64,000 nt of DNA from Corallochytrium limacisporum Hawaii (lineage: Eukaryota; Protista; Pluriformea), in assembly GCA_002811645.1 (NCBI GenBank), contig PDIP01000067.1:116550-180549 (forward strand). Direction: 5' to 3'. Below the pieces are notes generated by a model. The model ran no database searches. It worked only from the letters and a program-made list of their open reading frames with translations, and had not been told where the DNA came from. This document shows, piece by piece, positions 44,268 through 54,987 of this stretch; position 1 is the first letter of the stretch; every line of letters begins with the position of its first letter. Made by a program: the position numbers and the translations under genes.

Positions 44268-47200
44268 TCACGGGTGCGCCGCAATATAAGGCGGTGGATC
44301 TTCAGTTGACTGTTCCTCCTGTCCACCACTTGCAGCACCCTCTTTGTCCTCACTCTCTGCTCCACTCGCTGTGGCAGCCCCATCCACGTCCTTCATAGCC
44401 GGCTGCAGGACCACCGAATTCATGACACTGATGCCGCTCGCAGTAACAATGCTGCGCAGCGGCTTTACCAAATCTGTCCTTGGATCCGCACTCGCGCCGT
44501 ACTTGCTGCGCATTTCTGTCTCCATACCCATGAGGAGATGGCTCTGCCCCTCACTGGCCTCGCCCTCTGCGAGATATGTAACCAGGCGGACCAACTGGGG
44601 CTCGTCTAAGTTGTGCTCCTCCTTCTCTAGACAGTCTTGGATCTTGTTGACGATGACATCAGCGAAAGTGGACTCTTCTGACGGTAGATCATCAACACGG
44701 CGGAAGTACTCCACACACCATTTTGACATATCGTGCACTGCCATGAGTTGAGTAACGATTCTTTCCTTCGCTGTGATACTCTGTACGTTCATGACATCGA
44801 TGAGCAGCTCCTGACAGTAGCTCACAAAGGCCTGAATACACAAATTCAGCAGCAGTGCGCGCAGCACGGTCGAGGTTTTTGGCACCTTTTTCGCATCATT
44901 TGCCTGGCGGACCGCAAGATAAGCGCAGCCGACTGCCTGCTCAAGGTTGCTGCCATCCACTGCTTTGTAGCCTCGCAGCATGACGGCGACGACCTTGCGG
45001 TAAGCAACATAGCGTTTATAGTAGCCGGAAACCGCATCACGCATGTCACCTTCAGCGCGTTCAAACTTCATGTCCAGGCCGGAGTCTTCGATAATTTCGT
45101 TGAGGATGCGAATGCGCTCCTCGGACGCCTGGTTCAAGTTTTTGGCGAAAGCATGGGCCTCTCCTTCCCAGGCGACAAAATAGGCCATGGTCTTAAGGCC
45201 GAGCAGCTGAGGGTTCTGTTCAATCGGAGGCAAGATCTGCCGATAGTCGTCACCGTCGGCCTCCATGAACAATGCGTAGTGGGCCACAGAGCAGCAGGCT
45301 GGGTCAACGAGCTCAAGCTGCCAGCCCATGACCTCGCGTTGGGCCGTTGATTGGCCCGTGATCTCGCTCGGCAGACGATTCCAGACCCGCGTACAGAAAT
45401 CAACAAAGTCGCTTTCTTGCTGGGCATCAATGCCAGCATTCTTGCGCAGCTGAGCGTTCTTGTAGCGATTCAGAGCGGTGATTTGTTCCTGCTTTTCGTT
45501 CTTGGCGGCCACCACCTTACGGTTGTCCTCCTCTAGCTCGCGAAGAATGGCCTCGTCGACGCGGATGCCATCCATCTGGATCACGCTCTGTCGTAGGTAG
45601 TGGCTGCTGTTGAGGTCTCTGGGTGTCGCATCAATGTGAATAACGTCCTCCTTGTTTGCACTAGCGTCTACCGCTGATGTTGTCGGTGCCAATGTATCGG
45701 GATCCTGCACCAAAGCGTTGAGGACAACATTTCGTTTGACATAGACAAAACAGTATGCACTGGAAGCCCGGTGCAGTCCTCCCTCACTGTACCGGAAAAC
45801 CTCATCCTCAGGCACTTCCTTCACATTAATGTCATTGTACTCAAACCATTTGTAAAATGGCAGACCGTCTGCATCACAGCCAGGCAGCCACTGGCGGATG
45901 TACGCCCAGTAGTGCCCACTACCAGCCTGACCCCCGTGGACAAGGACAGCATGCAGTTCGTAGGGTTCGGAACGTAAGTGCGCGAAGAGGTTTGTCATCT
46001 GTTGTCGCAGGGCCTTAATCTCAACTTCAGTGCGTTCCAGAAATTTCCGCGCGTGGGTGGCGTGCTCCTCGAGGGCTTTAGCCATCTCTCGGGCCTGATT
46101 CTTGCCTTGATCGTCGAGCTGCATGGCAGTGGAGTCGGATGGCAGCGCGGAAAGCATCTCCTGCTCGCTAAGAGCCGTGAGATACGAGCTGCTGGCCTGC
46201 AGTGCTTCAACAATGGGAATCTTGCAATTGTTGACGTCTTCCGACTGGTCGTTCTGCGGCACAGTGTAGGAGTTGTACCACGCCACGGTCTTCTCAAGTA
46301 TTTGTACTTTAGCCTTGAACACGGCCTTTTGCTTGCGTAGTTCCCGCATCTCTGTCCTTAGTTTGCGGCAGTAACGGTCCAAGTAGAGGGTTTTTGGGAA
46401 CTTCAGCGCGTCATGGATTTTCTCAACCCCCTTCGTTTCCGCAGAGTAGGTCGCACGCACCAGTTGCAGAGTAAAAATGGGCGGCAGTGTGTTGAACCAT
46501 ACCTCACGGTACATCGCGTTGCCATCTTCATCCATGTAGTCCTCTACCAACGATTCCTCTGTGAAACTGTCTAGGCAGTCGTAGAGGTCGACTGGGTTGT
46601 TCTGAAGAGTCAGTTGCAATTGCAAGAACTCCTCAATAATGCCCTTTTCTTCTTCACCCTTTTGCGATGTCTTGGACTGTGTAATGGCTTCCGAGGTACC
46701 ATAGAACAGCTGATGTACAGGATGCTCGATATTTGGGCTCTCGTTGCCTTCCCGTTCCTCGGCCTCTTCAATGCGATTCATCAGGAGATCGTTAAACTCA
46801 AGCGCATCCTGTTGATCTCCAATGCTCACCGGTTTACCTGTATCGTCCACCAGTGAATCCAGTACAAAGGTAGGGTCAATAAACTTGCGCATGGACCCTT
46901 TCATCCACACAAAGAGCTTTTGCAGCTTCTTCATCAGGATCACACTTCTCTTTTTTTCCTCTTCTGTTATTGTCCGGCGACGGTGGGGAGGTGCCGTAGA
47001 ACTTCCTTCTGGCTTTGTTGCCTTTTGATCCGATGTACCCTCACCCGTGTCCATGGCATTACTACTCGACACTGTGTTGCTGTCTGCGACTTCTCCATCG
47101 TCTCCACGACGGCGCTTTGGACTCTGTGGTGATGACATAACTTCCATGGCATCCAATGAAGTTGAAGGGACAATTTCATCTCCCATAGACCCGCGTTTAG

Positions 47201-47780
47201 GTGGTTCTGGTTGCCTACTTGAGGAGCTTCCATCGCTCCTGAATCTCATTACATGCTCCCGGAACGGCACCAGCGAGTAATACACTTGCAGCAGTGAGTT
47301 TACATAGCAGGTATTTCCGACATTCCGCAGTCCGATGGGTACTGTGGCCATGTCTCGATTATTGTCGGGGTCAATTGAGTTGTCGTGTGACATGGATGGT
47401 GGAGCAGGGGAGTTTGCTCGTCCTCGTCCACCCGCATTGCTGTCCTTTATGCTCGCCTCAATGGCCTTCATCAGATCAGGGTCATTCGCATAGTCTCCAG
47501 GCTGACTTCGTGGTCCGTTACCACCCGGATCAGTGAGCATGAAGTCAGACTTGCTTTCACTACTGGTGACTGTTTTGTTTTCTGTAGGGTGAGGAATTAG
47601 GCTCAGGCTATTGCCACCGTCGCCCGCTCCAGAGGGAGCTGTTCCGAGACTTTGGTGTGTGAACCACCGGTCAAGGGCCGTCTCAAGACTACCATTTGAA
47701 TTATTAAGGGCTTTCACTGCATTTTCCCGGGACTGATTCGTCAGATCCATAAATTGGGAAATGAGAGCAGGGTCAACCAT
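44268..47780 (-). CDS. Ubiquitin-specific protease, USP25/USP28-like
   Basis: N-terminal UBA-like segment, UIM (DPDLMKAIEASIKD), Cys box GLRNVGNTCY, QQDALEF, a coiled insert, His box VHGGQAGSGHYWAY and a long helical C-terminus. Confidence 0.88.
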   Translation of the reverse strand: MVDPALISQFMDLTNQSRENAVKALNNSNGSLETALDRWFTHQSLGTAPSGAGDGGNSLSLIPHPTENKTVTSSESKSDFMLTDPGGNGPRSQPGDYANDPDLMKAIEASIKDSNAGGRGRANSPAPPSMSHDNSIDPDNNRDMATVPIGLRNVGNTCYVNSLLQVYYSLVPFREHVMRFRSDGSSSSRQPEPPKRGSMGDEIVPSTSLDAMEVMSSPQSPKRRRGDDGEVADSNTVSSSNAMDTGEGTSDQKATKPEGSSTAPPHRRRTITEEEKKRSVILMKKLQKLFVWMKGSMRKFIDPTFVLDSLVDDTGKPVSIGDQQDALEFNDLLMNRIEEAEEREGNESPNIEHPVHQLFYGTSEAITQSKTSQKGEEEKGIIEEFLQLQLTLQNNPVDLYDCLDSFTEESLVEDYMDEDGNAMYREVWFNTLPPIFTLQLVRATYSAETKGVEKIHDALKFPKTLYLDRYCRKLRTEMRELRKQKAVFKAKVQILEKTVAWYNSYTVPQNDQSEDVNNCKIPIVEALQASSSYLTALSEQEMLSALPSDSTAMQLDDQGKNQAREMAKALEEHATHARKFLERTEVEIKALRQQMTNLFAHLRSEPYELHAVLVHGGQAGSGHYWAYIRQWLPGCDADGLPFYKWFEYNDINVKEVPEDEVFRYSEGGLHRASSAYCFVYVKRNVVLNALVQDPDTLAPTTSAVDASANKEDVIHIDATPRDLNSSHYLRQSVIQMDGIRVDEAILRELEEDNRKVVAAKNEKQEQITALNRYKNAQLRKNAGIDAQQESDFVDFCTRVWNRLPSEITGQSTAQREVMGWQLELVDPACCSVAHYALFMEADGDDYRQILPPIEQNPQLLGLKTMAYFVAWEGEAHAFAKNLNQASEERIRILNEIIEDSGLDMKFERAEGDMRDAVSGYYKRYVAYRKVVAVMLRGYKAVDGSNLEQAVGCAYLAVRQANDAKKVPKTSTVLRALLLNLCIQAFVSYCQELLIDVMNVQSITAKERIVTQLMAVHDMSKWCVEYFRRVDDLPSEESTFADVIVNKIQDCLEKEEHNLDEPQLVRLVTYLAEGEASEGQSHLLMGMETEMRSKYGASADPRTDLVKPLRSIVTASGISVMNSVVLQPAMKDVDGAATASGAESEDKEGAASGGQEEQSTEDPPPYIAAHP

Positions 47781-48332
47781 CGTTTCGGTTTTCGTGCTGG
47801 TCCCTGAATGTTCGAGCGTTTCACTTTCATTACTTCACATTGTGATCAAACCGTAACGAAATTGCCATTCTTCAATTGTCTGTGCTGTTTCTATGATGTG
47901 ACACTACTATTCATGTGACTAGTGTGAGCCATATGTAGAAGATTTCCACTCTGAAGTAACACTCAATGTCCATCATTGTCGTAGAACAGTCAGGACCCTT
48001 CCTGAATTGGGGTTCTCAACGCTGTTATGATTTTGGCGCGTATAGCCAATAAACCGGAGGGAGGCCAAAAAAGGGAGGAAGGCACGGGAGAGACCGAGGT
48101 GATCGGAGAGAGGGTCTCAGACTGAACCCTCCACTCTCGCCCTTACCTCCTCTGCCCCCCACAGACTGGTGGAAAGGTGGAGGTTGTTGACCACTGTGGT
48201 ACTTATTCACAAACACATATTTACAGCTGCTATTCGACGAAAGAAAATTAATTATGCACTAGTGTTCACTTATGTTTAGTTTCCTGTATTAGTAACTGCC
48301 ATCGGAGGTAGGATCCGATTGTGCACAAGGAA

Positions 48333-49799
48333 ATGATCCGATTATGTAGACCTTCGATTACTCCGGTCTCATGCATTACACAGGCGCAGATTGGCCAATT
48401 ATCACTGCATTTTAAGAAAACAACACCAAAAATACTTGATTTTTTGGGCCAGCGTCATATTTGTACAAGTTTTGGCGTCAGATCCACCTCAGGACAGAAC
48501 AATGATGCTTCCAGTAGTACTGGCAGGCTCCTTCGCCTCGCCTATTTTGGGTCCGATGACTTTTCTGTTGCTCATTTGGAGGATCTGTGTCGTCGCAGGA
48601 GAACAAAGAAGTCTTCTTCAGCGGGTACATCTCGTCGTAATGCTGCGGTTGTTGCAGATATTACGGTGATTTGCCCAGCCCCACGACCGCAAGGCCGAAA
48701 GAAGGTATTGAAGCCGACGGCAGTCCAAGAATTTGCGGAGCAGAACGGATTGCAAGTGAAATTAATATCACGGGATACTCCAGTGGAGGACATGGTCAAG
48801 GCTGTAACGCCCATGGAGGGAGAAAAGCCATACGATATCGGCATTGCGGTAAGTTTTGGATATTTCATACCCAGTGACGCACTCCGACAATTCACTCTTT
48901 GTGCATTGAACGTGCACCCGTCTCTACTACCGCGATACCGTGGGTCCAGCCCCATGGAGTACTGCATTTTGTATGGTGATAAGAAAACGGGTATTACGAT
49001 TCAGGAACTCAGTCCGCGTAAATTTGATGCTGGCAAGATACTGGCGCAGGAATCGTTCACTATCGGTCGCGACTGGGACTACGCCAAACTAATGGCCAGC
49101 GCACTGAAGAAAGGCCCCAATGTACTCATGCGGACTCTTGACAATCTGGACAAGTACATGGCTGAGGCCTGGTCGCAGGATGAATCGGGCATTCTAATGG
49201 CTCCACGCGTAACCAGCAGAGATGCTGTCCTTCCCGTCGACCGCCGTGACGATGAGTGGATACTGCGCCACGCCCGCGCGCTCAGTTCGCGACTGAAGTT
49301 GCGGTTGGTTCCCTGGAATTCGGGAGTCCTGGCTGATAAAGAGGCTCCTGAGTTCAAGGAGCTTCGTGAGAAGGGTGAATTACTGGTATTTGACATCCAA
49401 GCCGCAAACAAGGTTGACAAGGAGCACCTTGTTCTGCGTTACCATGCACCGCTGTGTGCTGCAAACACAGACGGTGATTTGTTCGTAAAGTGTGGTCGTG
49501 TGCCTTCGGACAGCTACGTCAGAATATCAGAGGTCCAACTTCCTGCCGCAAATTCACGGATTAGCGGTCGCCACTTTCTGAAGCGCTATGGCGGCTCTTC
49601 TGTGGCGAAGCATGGCGATGGTTGGGTGACCAGTGATGATCTTTGGTTCACAGTACCAATTGAGAACGAGGAACAAAGAGGGGACAATGCGTACTACTTT
49701 GGCATGGTTAACAAGAACAGAATGCCCGAATTGACCGATTCCTTCAAGCCGCCCAATGCCAAGTACACTGAGAAGGACCATCTGATTACCTTTCAATAG
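48333..49799 (+). CDS. MTFMT: Mitochondrial methionyl-tRNA formyltransferase
   Basis: YFGSDDF, VSFG, LNVHPSLLPRYRGSSP, TGITI and FDAGKIL, with an N-terminal presequence. First ATG at 48333. Confidence 0.9.
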   Translation: MIRLCRPSITPVSCITQAQIGQLSLHFKKTTPKILDFLGQRHICTSFGVRSTSGQNNDASSSTGRLLRLAYFGSDDFSVAHLEDLCRRRRTKKSSSAGTSRRNAAVVADITVICPAPRPQGRKKVLKPTAVQEFAEQNGLQVKLISRDTPVEDMVKAVTPMEGEKPYDIGIAVSFGYFIPSDALRQFTLCALNVHPSLLPRYRGSSPMEYCILYGDKKTGITIQELSPRKFDAGKILAQESFTIGRDWDYAKLMASALKKGPNVLMRTLDNLDKYMAEAWSQDESGILMAPRVTSRDAVLPVDRRDDEWILRHARALSSRLKLRLVPWNSGVLADKEAPEFKELREKGELLVFDIQAANKVDKEHLVLRYHAPLCAANTDGDLFVKCGRVPSDSYVRISEVQLPAANSRISGRHFLKRYGGSSVAKHGDGWVTSDDLWFTVPIENEEQRGDNAYYFGMVNKNRMPELTDSFKPPNAKYTEKDHLITFQ

Positions 49800-49833
49800 T
49801 ATAGTTCTAATAAACGCAAGTAGGGAAACCTCG

Positions 49834-50922
49834 TTAAGGCAGACTAATCGATGCGAGAGATTTGAAGTACTGCGTCTTTGGGTCCACTGCTCCGAGTTCG
49901 GAAAGTTGGATGCTGGCGAGTCGGGCACTGCCAAGGGACGACACGCCTAGTGTGGAGAGGATCTGTTGCACAACCTCGTGCGACTTGACATGGGCCACCA
50001 CAGCGACGGCTGGCCAAGGCATATCCTGGTTGCTAGCACCGAGACGGTATCCCTTAGACTGTATTTCACTGTCCTCCATATCACACAAGGTGGTAAATTT
50101 GGAGTGCAAGAGCTCCAAAAGAGCACGCAGCCGGTGTGTGTCCCGGTCAAGCTCAACATCCGCAACGATGGCATGGCATCCCTCAATGGGCAGAGCACGG
50201 AAGCCCGATACCGTGGCGAGGCACGTCCGCGTCTCGACTGCATCGTAGCATTGTCGCGACAGGGGCAAGAGGGTCTTCGTTACCTTCTCAACCTGTCTCT
50301 TGAACGGACAACGCAGTTTACATGCTGTCACATGTAATTCCATAGCATTAACGATCTCGATCTCTCCGCTGCTGCTGAACTGGTCTAGTTCTGCCAACCT
50401 TCTATTCACTTCACCGGTGACCTCTGCGCTGCTGATTGGAAGAGTGATAGCGTACCCAGCAGGCAACATCTCCCAAGTGCTTTCAAAAACTTCTTCAATC
50501 CAACCGACTGCGGCAGCAAGTGATCGCTTGCTTCGTGCCATTATTCGCAGTGCACCGGTACGGCCATCGCTCAGAGTGGCCCATTCAAATTCGCACTCCA
50601 GCGTCTTCATCTTATCCTTGATCGTGCTTTCGTCAACGATTTTCTCGTAAATGTTGGGAAACTCGCAGAGACAGGACTTCCCGTCTTTTGCCATATCTAC
50701 TTGAGCGAGAGTGTTCGTTGAAAGATGATTTCCAAAAGGTACTCTATCGCCACTCGAGTCTAACTCTTTCGGTCCCTCTGCTTTGCTATTCCTGACTGGT
50801 GCATGACCGGGGACTATGTCATTTGGTTCGTTGTCATCTAAGACAAGTGCTTTGGGGACTCGGAAGAAGTCGTTTCTACCGACTCTCAGGTTCACAAAGC
50901 CCGAGTTTAATGCCGTTTCCAT
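49834..50922 (-). CDS. ASCC1-like protein (degenerate KH plus 2H-phosphoesterase/AKAP7-type domain)
   Basis: LHVT (HxT motif) and the C-terminal LGSARLASIQLSELGAVD...YFKSLASISLP resemble the ASCC1 end; the size is similar. Confidence 0.62.
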   Translation of the reverse strand: METALNSGFVNLRVGRNDFFRVPKALVLDDNEPNDIVPGHAPVRNSKAEGPKELDSSGDRVPFGNHLSTNTLAQVDMAKDGKSCLCEFPNIYEKIVDESTIKDKMKTLECEFEWATLSDGRTGALRIMARSKRSLAAAVGWIEEVFESTWEMLPAGYAITLPISSAEVTGEVNRRLAELDQFSSSGEIEIVNAMELHVTACKLRCPFKRQVEKVTKTLLPLSRQCYDAVETRTCLATVSGFRALPIEGCHAIVADVELDRDTHRLRALLELLHSKFTTLCDMEDSEIQSKGYRLGASNQDMPWPAVAVVAHVKSHEVVQQILSTLGVSSLGSARLASIQLSELGAVDPKTQYFKSLASISLP

Positions 50923-51356
50923 GATTCCAAGTTTCTGTGAGCAGTTCGATTTCAGTATCTTACAACATAACGCCGCCGTATTGCATTATGACTCCAGCAC
51001 AACGTTTATCTCTGACGGCACATAACGATTAATTAGAACTGCAGTCCTAAGAAAAGCAAGATCTCCAGTTGCCCGTCACCAACTTGACCGTGCTTCAGTG
51101 TCAATGTGTCGTCTCAGAAGTCTGAAATAGGCCCCGTCGTCCGCAACCGTTTCAGGCCCGGCCCCGAGGGAGGGAGGGTTTGTGAGCTGGAAAGGCTAGA
51201 CCTCCTTTGTACCGTGATCCGCACCGACGGCAGTACCCGTCCAGGGGCATGAGTATCCATATGTTATGTCCTAAATCGTTATGCATCATCTATTATTGTA
51301 CAACATACTAGAAGTTCTTGCAATGGTGATTATTACTGGAGCCATTCAACTATTGG

Positions 51357-52133
51357 TTATGAAGCCAAGCATATTTCATCCTCTTCTTTGTCGGTGTAGC
51401 AGGAGGGGAGCAAGGGCCTATAGAACTCCTTCTTGTACCATGGGAAGTTGCACAAGGTGTAGATGCCGTACATTGCGGTCAGACTGGATATGATCAAGCC
51501 CCCGACAGTGTCAAGCCACCACATCTCAGGCGAGTCTTTCACCACCGCGAGCTCAATGCACACAACAAGACCGGTAATGGCGACGGCCATGCTGCTGGTC
51601 ATGTCCTGGAAGATGGTTGTCTCGCCGATTTGGCGGTAAAGCGAGTACTTGGCCACAACTAGCAACATGGTAAGCCCAGCACTGACACCTGCGATGACGA
51701 CGAGTTGCCCGAAAGCATGTGTCGATTTCCCCATCTGAAACTCTGTGATTGAAACAGCCAGCACAGCAAGGAAGCTGGCCAGGAAAGAGAAGGCGATCAG
51801 TACCTCACCGACAGCTTCCTTTTCCTGCGATTCCTTTGCATATTCAACACTAACGTCTGCGAGATGGAAGCGCCAGATCAGGATTAGGGTCGTGCAGATA
51901 TCCAGCAACGTTTCCAGTCCGTAGGCAACCATAGACGTGGAGCCCCCGGCCCATCCCAGGACCACATTACAAATACCTACCGTCGAGGTCACTGCCAGAG
52001 ATATGAAGCTGATAACCAGCAGCAGATGAATTGTCTTTGGATCAAAAAGGGTGGGTGGATGGTCTCCATTTTCCTTTGTCTCTTCGTACGCAATGTCTGC
52101 GCGGTCAAGGTTCTCAGCAGACGGCTTACCCAT
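51357..52133 (-). CDS. TMEM163: TMEM163-like zinc transporter (CDF superfamily)
   Basis: Six hydrophobic segments, with YGLETLLDICTTLILIWRF, a conserved Asp in FQD, and WWLDTVGG...YG. Confidence 0.8.
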   Translation of the reverse strand: MGKPSAENLDRADIAYEETKENGDHPPTLFDPKTIHLLLVISFISLAVTSTVGICNVVLGWAGGSTSMVAYGLETLLDICTTLILIWRFHLADVSVEYAKESQEKEAVGEVLIAFSFLASFLAVLAVSITEFQMGKSTHAFGQLVVIAGVSAGLTMLLVVAKYSLYRQIGETTIFQDMTSSMAVAITGLVVCIELAVVKDSPEMWWLDTVGGLIISSLTAMYGIYTLCNFPWYKKEFYRPLLPSCYTDKEEDEICLAS

Positions 52134-53718
52134 TATCTGTAGGAGGTTATTGCTTCAATCTCCAGATGGACTTGTGATCTTGATGGTCTTGATTCAAATT
52201 ATGTCTTGTAAACTCAGAACACTACCACACACTTTGATCAATCAATTCATCACCCGATCTCTGGAAACATTTCCCTGACTTTTAGAACCCCTCTTATACC
52301 TTGCCAGCTGAGTGGACCGTGTGCCACATTCATCGCAGACGATAAAGGACACTCAGGATGTCCCTCCCAGCAGCTGAAAACCCTTCTCACATGAGTGTGA
52401 TTGGCAGCTCGTGCAGATCCGCAGAGAGCTTTGAAGTGACCCACTAAGCACGACCGTGGAGAGATTCCGCACCACCACTTGGTGGCTGTTTGATCCTAAC
52501 AGTCTTCATGCCAATTAGCAGGTACAACATTGTTAGCGTGTGTAAAACGGGAACTAAAATTTCAATACAGTCAACACACTACTAGAACCCGACTGAAATT
52601 CGGACACCTATCCAGCTAAATATATGGCTCACCCCGCATCCCCATATATTGCCATTGCGCAGTTTCACTCCCCTACGCGGTTGCCTCGTCACACAGAAGC
52701 TGTCGTCAGACACTGCGGTTCATTCACTATCGATGGCGGGGGCCCTTGGATACCGATACATTTTATTCCATATTTCCCTGCATTGGAGCCATGCAAGGCC
52801 TTGAAAGTCTTTTCTAGCCAGTTCGTCACTCGGGTCCGAGCCTGTGGAGACCAGTGTAGCTGCCGGCAGGACTGAGCCCGTGGCGTGCGCATGGGGTGAA
52901 ATCGTCAAGCCCTGCTACACCCGGTCGTTGTCTGTTTGTGCATGTGAGCGGTATTATATTAGACACGGACAGGCGCGTAGGGGAAGCGCCTCCACAGACT
53001 ATACTGATACAAGGGTAGACGGTAACGCACCGAGGGCTCAAATGAGAACTCGTCATTGCTTCTACCCGTTCACTGCGTACGCGGCCCGTACAGCCAAACA
53101 TTCTCATCCACCAATTGCAAGCCCCACACATACGAGGGTAGAAGAAATTGCGTGGCTTCGGACACCGTGCCTGATGGCTCTAAGCTGGTCGCAGACAAGG
53201 ATAGCGCTCAGTCTCTGAAGATATCGCGAACGGTCGCAGCCAAGGCCAGAATCGAGCATCCACAAGGGTTTGCCATTTGTGGGTGGTACGAGAAACATGG
53301 GGGGACGGTCGGAAACGAGAGTAACGCGTTGGTTTCTTTGGTGTGAGCTAAATACCGATATCCGCTGCTTATCATGGGCAGTCAGCCACAACTTCACTAC
53401 CACCACACCAGGATCGCCCCGGGGGAGGGGCAGTCCAATTTGAATGGCAGGGGGCCTCTAGGGAGAGAGAGGGAGGAGGGGGGGGGGAGGGAAGAGGAAT
53501 GGAGCAAAACCGCCTAACCCCGAGAGCTTCTTCAGGTGGCCATCCACAGACCCCTCTGGGTCTAGAGAGGAGCCGGGTTATAGATACTGTAGCGTCATCA
53601 TACGATTGAAGTCGTGCTAAGGTAGAGACTGCTGGGGCTCATGGCTTTAAATGATGACTAGGGTGATGTTAATACATGCTAGGAAGGGTCTACGTAATGT
53701 TCTGGATCAATTGTTAAA

Positions 53719-54987
53719 TCAACGGTGCAGTCCTTCGTCCTGATCAGGGAACTGATGGTCGTCGGATCCGGACGGCTCCGTCGGCAAGGGTGTCATTTGG
53801 GGAGTAGAATCGCGGCGGAAAAGTGCCCCGAAGGCTTCACCAATCGCAGCCGTACCAATAGCCATCTTGTTGGACGTAGTTAATTCTTGACGCGGTTCCC
53901 ACGGTCCCGTACGCACTGATTTTCGATCAACGTTACCGGCATTCTTCATGATGGAGTAGGGAGACCCTTTGAAAGTGACCTTCCGGCCACGGTTCCACGG
54001 GCGCACATATGCTCCTAAGAATGAAACAACTGGCAGAATGACGTCGACTTCAAGATCAAACATATTGTGATCCGCGGACGGTGGCGTGCATAGTTTCTTC
54101 TTATCACACGCGACCCGTTCGAAGAGCTTTTCTCCATGCTCCACGGGAATGACCTGGTCCAAAAGGCCATGGATGATGCACACAGGTTGATCAGGGTGAG
54201 TGAGCTTTTTGTAGTTCTCAAAGCGATCCGAAATCGCCCAGCTCAGCTTTGGAGTGAGTTGCTTTGCTAAGGCCTTAATACTCACGAAAGGAGCCTGCAA
54301 GATCACTGCAGCGTACGGCTTCTCATCATGGGGAACCAGTCCCGCGAGATGGCAGGCAGACCCGCTGCCAATGCTCCGGCCCATTACAATCATCTGCTCC
54401 CGGGGCACGCCAAGCTCTTCTCGAATGAATTTGTCTACTGTCATCACGGAGTTCAGTACTGTCTCCTCGGACGGCGTTCCCAAAGCGACACCATAGCCTG
54501 GGTACTCCACCGCAAATACGTGGACCTTGAAATGTATCGAGAGGATCTCTAATTCCATTTTGATGTCACCGATGTCGCATCCATTGCCATGTAGGTACAT
54601 AAGGCAATGTGTGGCATCTGATGGTCCTCGCACGAAGAGAACTGGGATTGATGGCAGCTTTTCTGCCTCAGCAGCTGGCTTTGCACTTGCACCATTACGC
54701 CCACTTCCTCCGCCATTCTGGCCCGGCCCGTCAGAATCTTGTGATCTTGAAGCAGAAGCTTTCGATAGACTGGCCACAGACCAACGGCTACTCGATTTCT
54801 TACTGTTTGATCGCTGAACATTGTTACTCCCTCCCTGACTAGCCGACTGCGACGCGCTGGTGCTGTTTCCTGTCTTGGACACAGTCCGCTCAATGTACAG
54901 CAATCCCGCTAGGTTTATGTCGTATGTCGGTTCCACGTCAGGGAACATGAACAAATTCACAACGTTAGTATTCCTTGTCCAGCCCAT
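53719..54987 (-). CDS. Alpha/beta hydrolase, ABHD17-like
   Basis: YLHGNGCDIG, EYPGYG, nucleophile GRSIGSG, IIHGLLDQVIP and ADHN; the catalytic triad is intact. Confidence 0.88.
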   Translation of the reverse strand: MGWTRNTNVVNLFMFPDVEPTYDINLAGLLYIERTVSKTGNSTSASQSASQGGSNNVQRSNSKKSSSRWSVASLSKASASRSQDSDGPGQNGGGSGRNGASAKPAAEAEKLPSIPVLFVRGPSDATHCLMYLHGNGCDIGDIKMELEILSIHFKVHVFAVEYPGYGVALGTPSEETVLNSVMTVDKFIREELGVPREQMIVMGRSIGSGSACHLAGLVPHDEKPYAAVILQAPFVSIKALAKQLTPKLSWAISDRFENYKKLTHPDQPVCIIHGLLDQVIPVEHGEKLFERVACDKKKLCTPPSADHNMFDLEVDVILPVVSFLGAYVRPWNRGRKVTFKGSPYSIMKNAGNVDRKSVRTGPWEPRQELTTSNKMAIGTAAIGEAFGALFRRDSTPQMTPLPTEPSGSDDHQFPDQDEGLHR

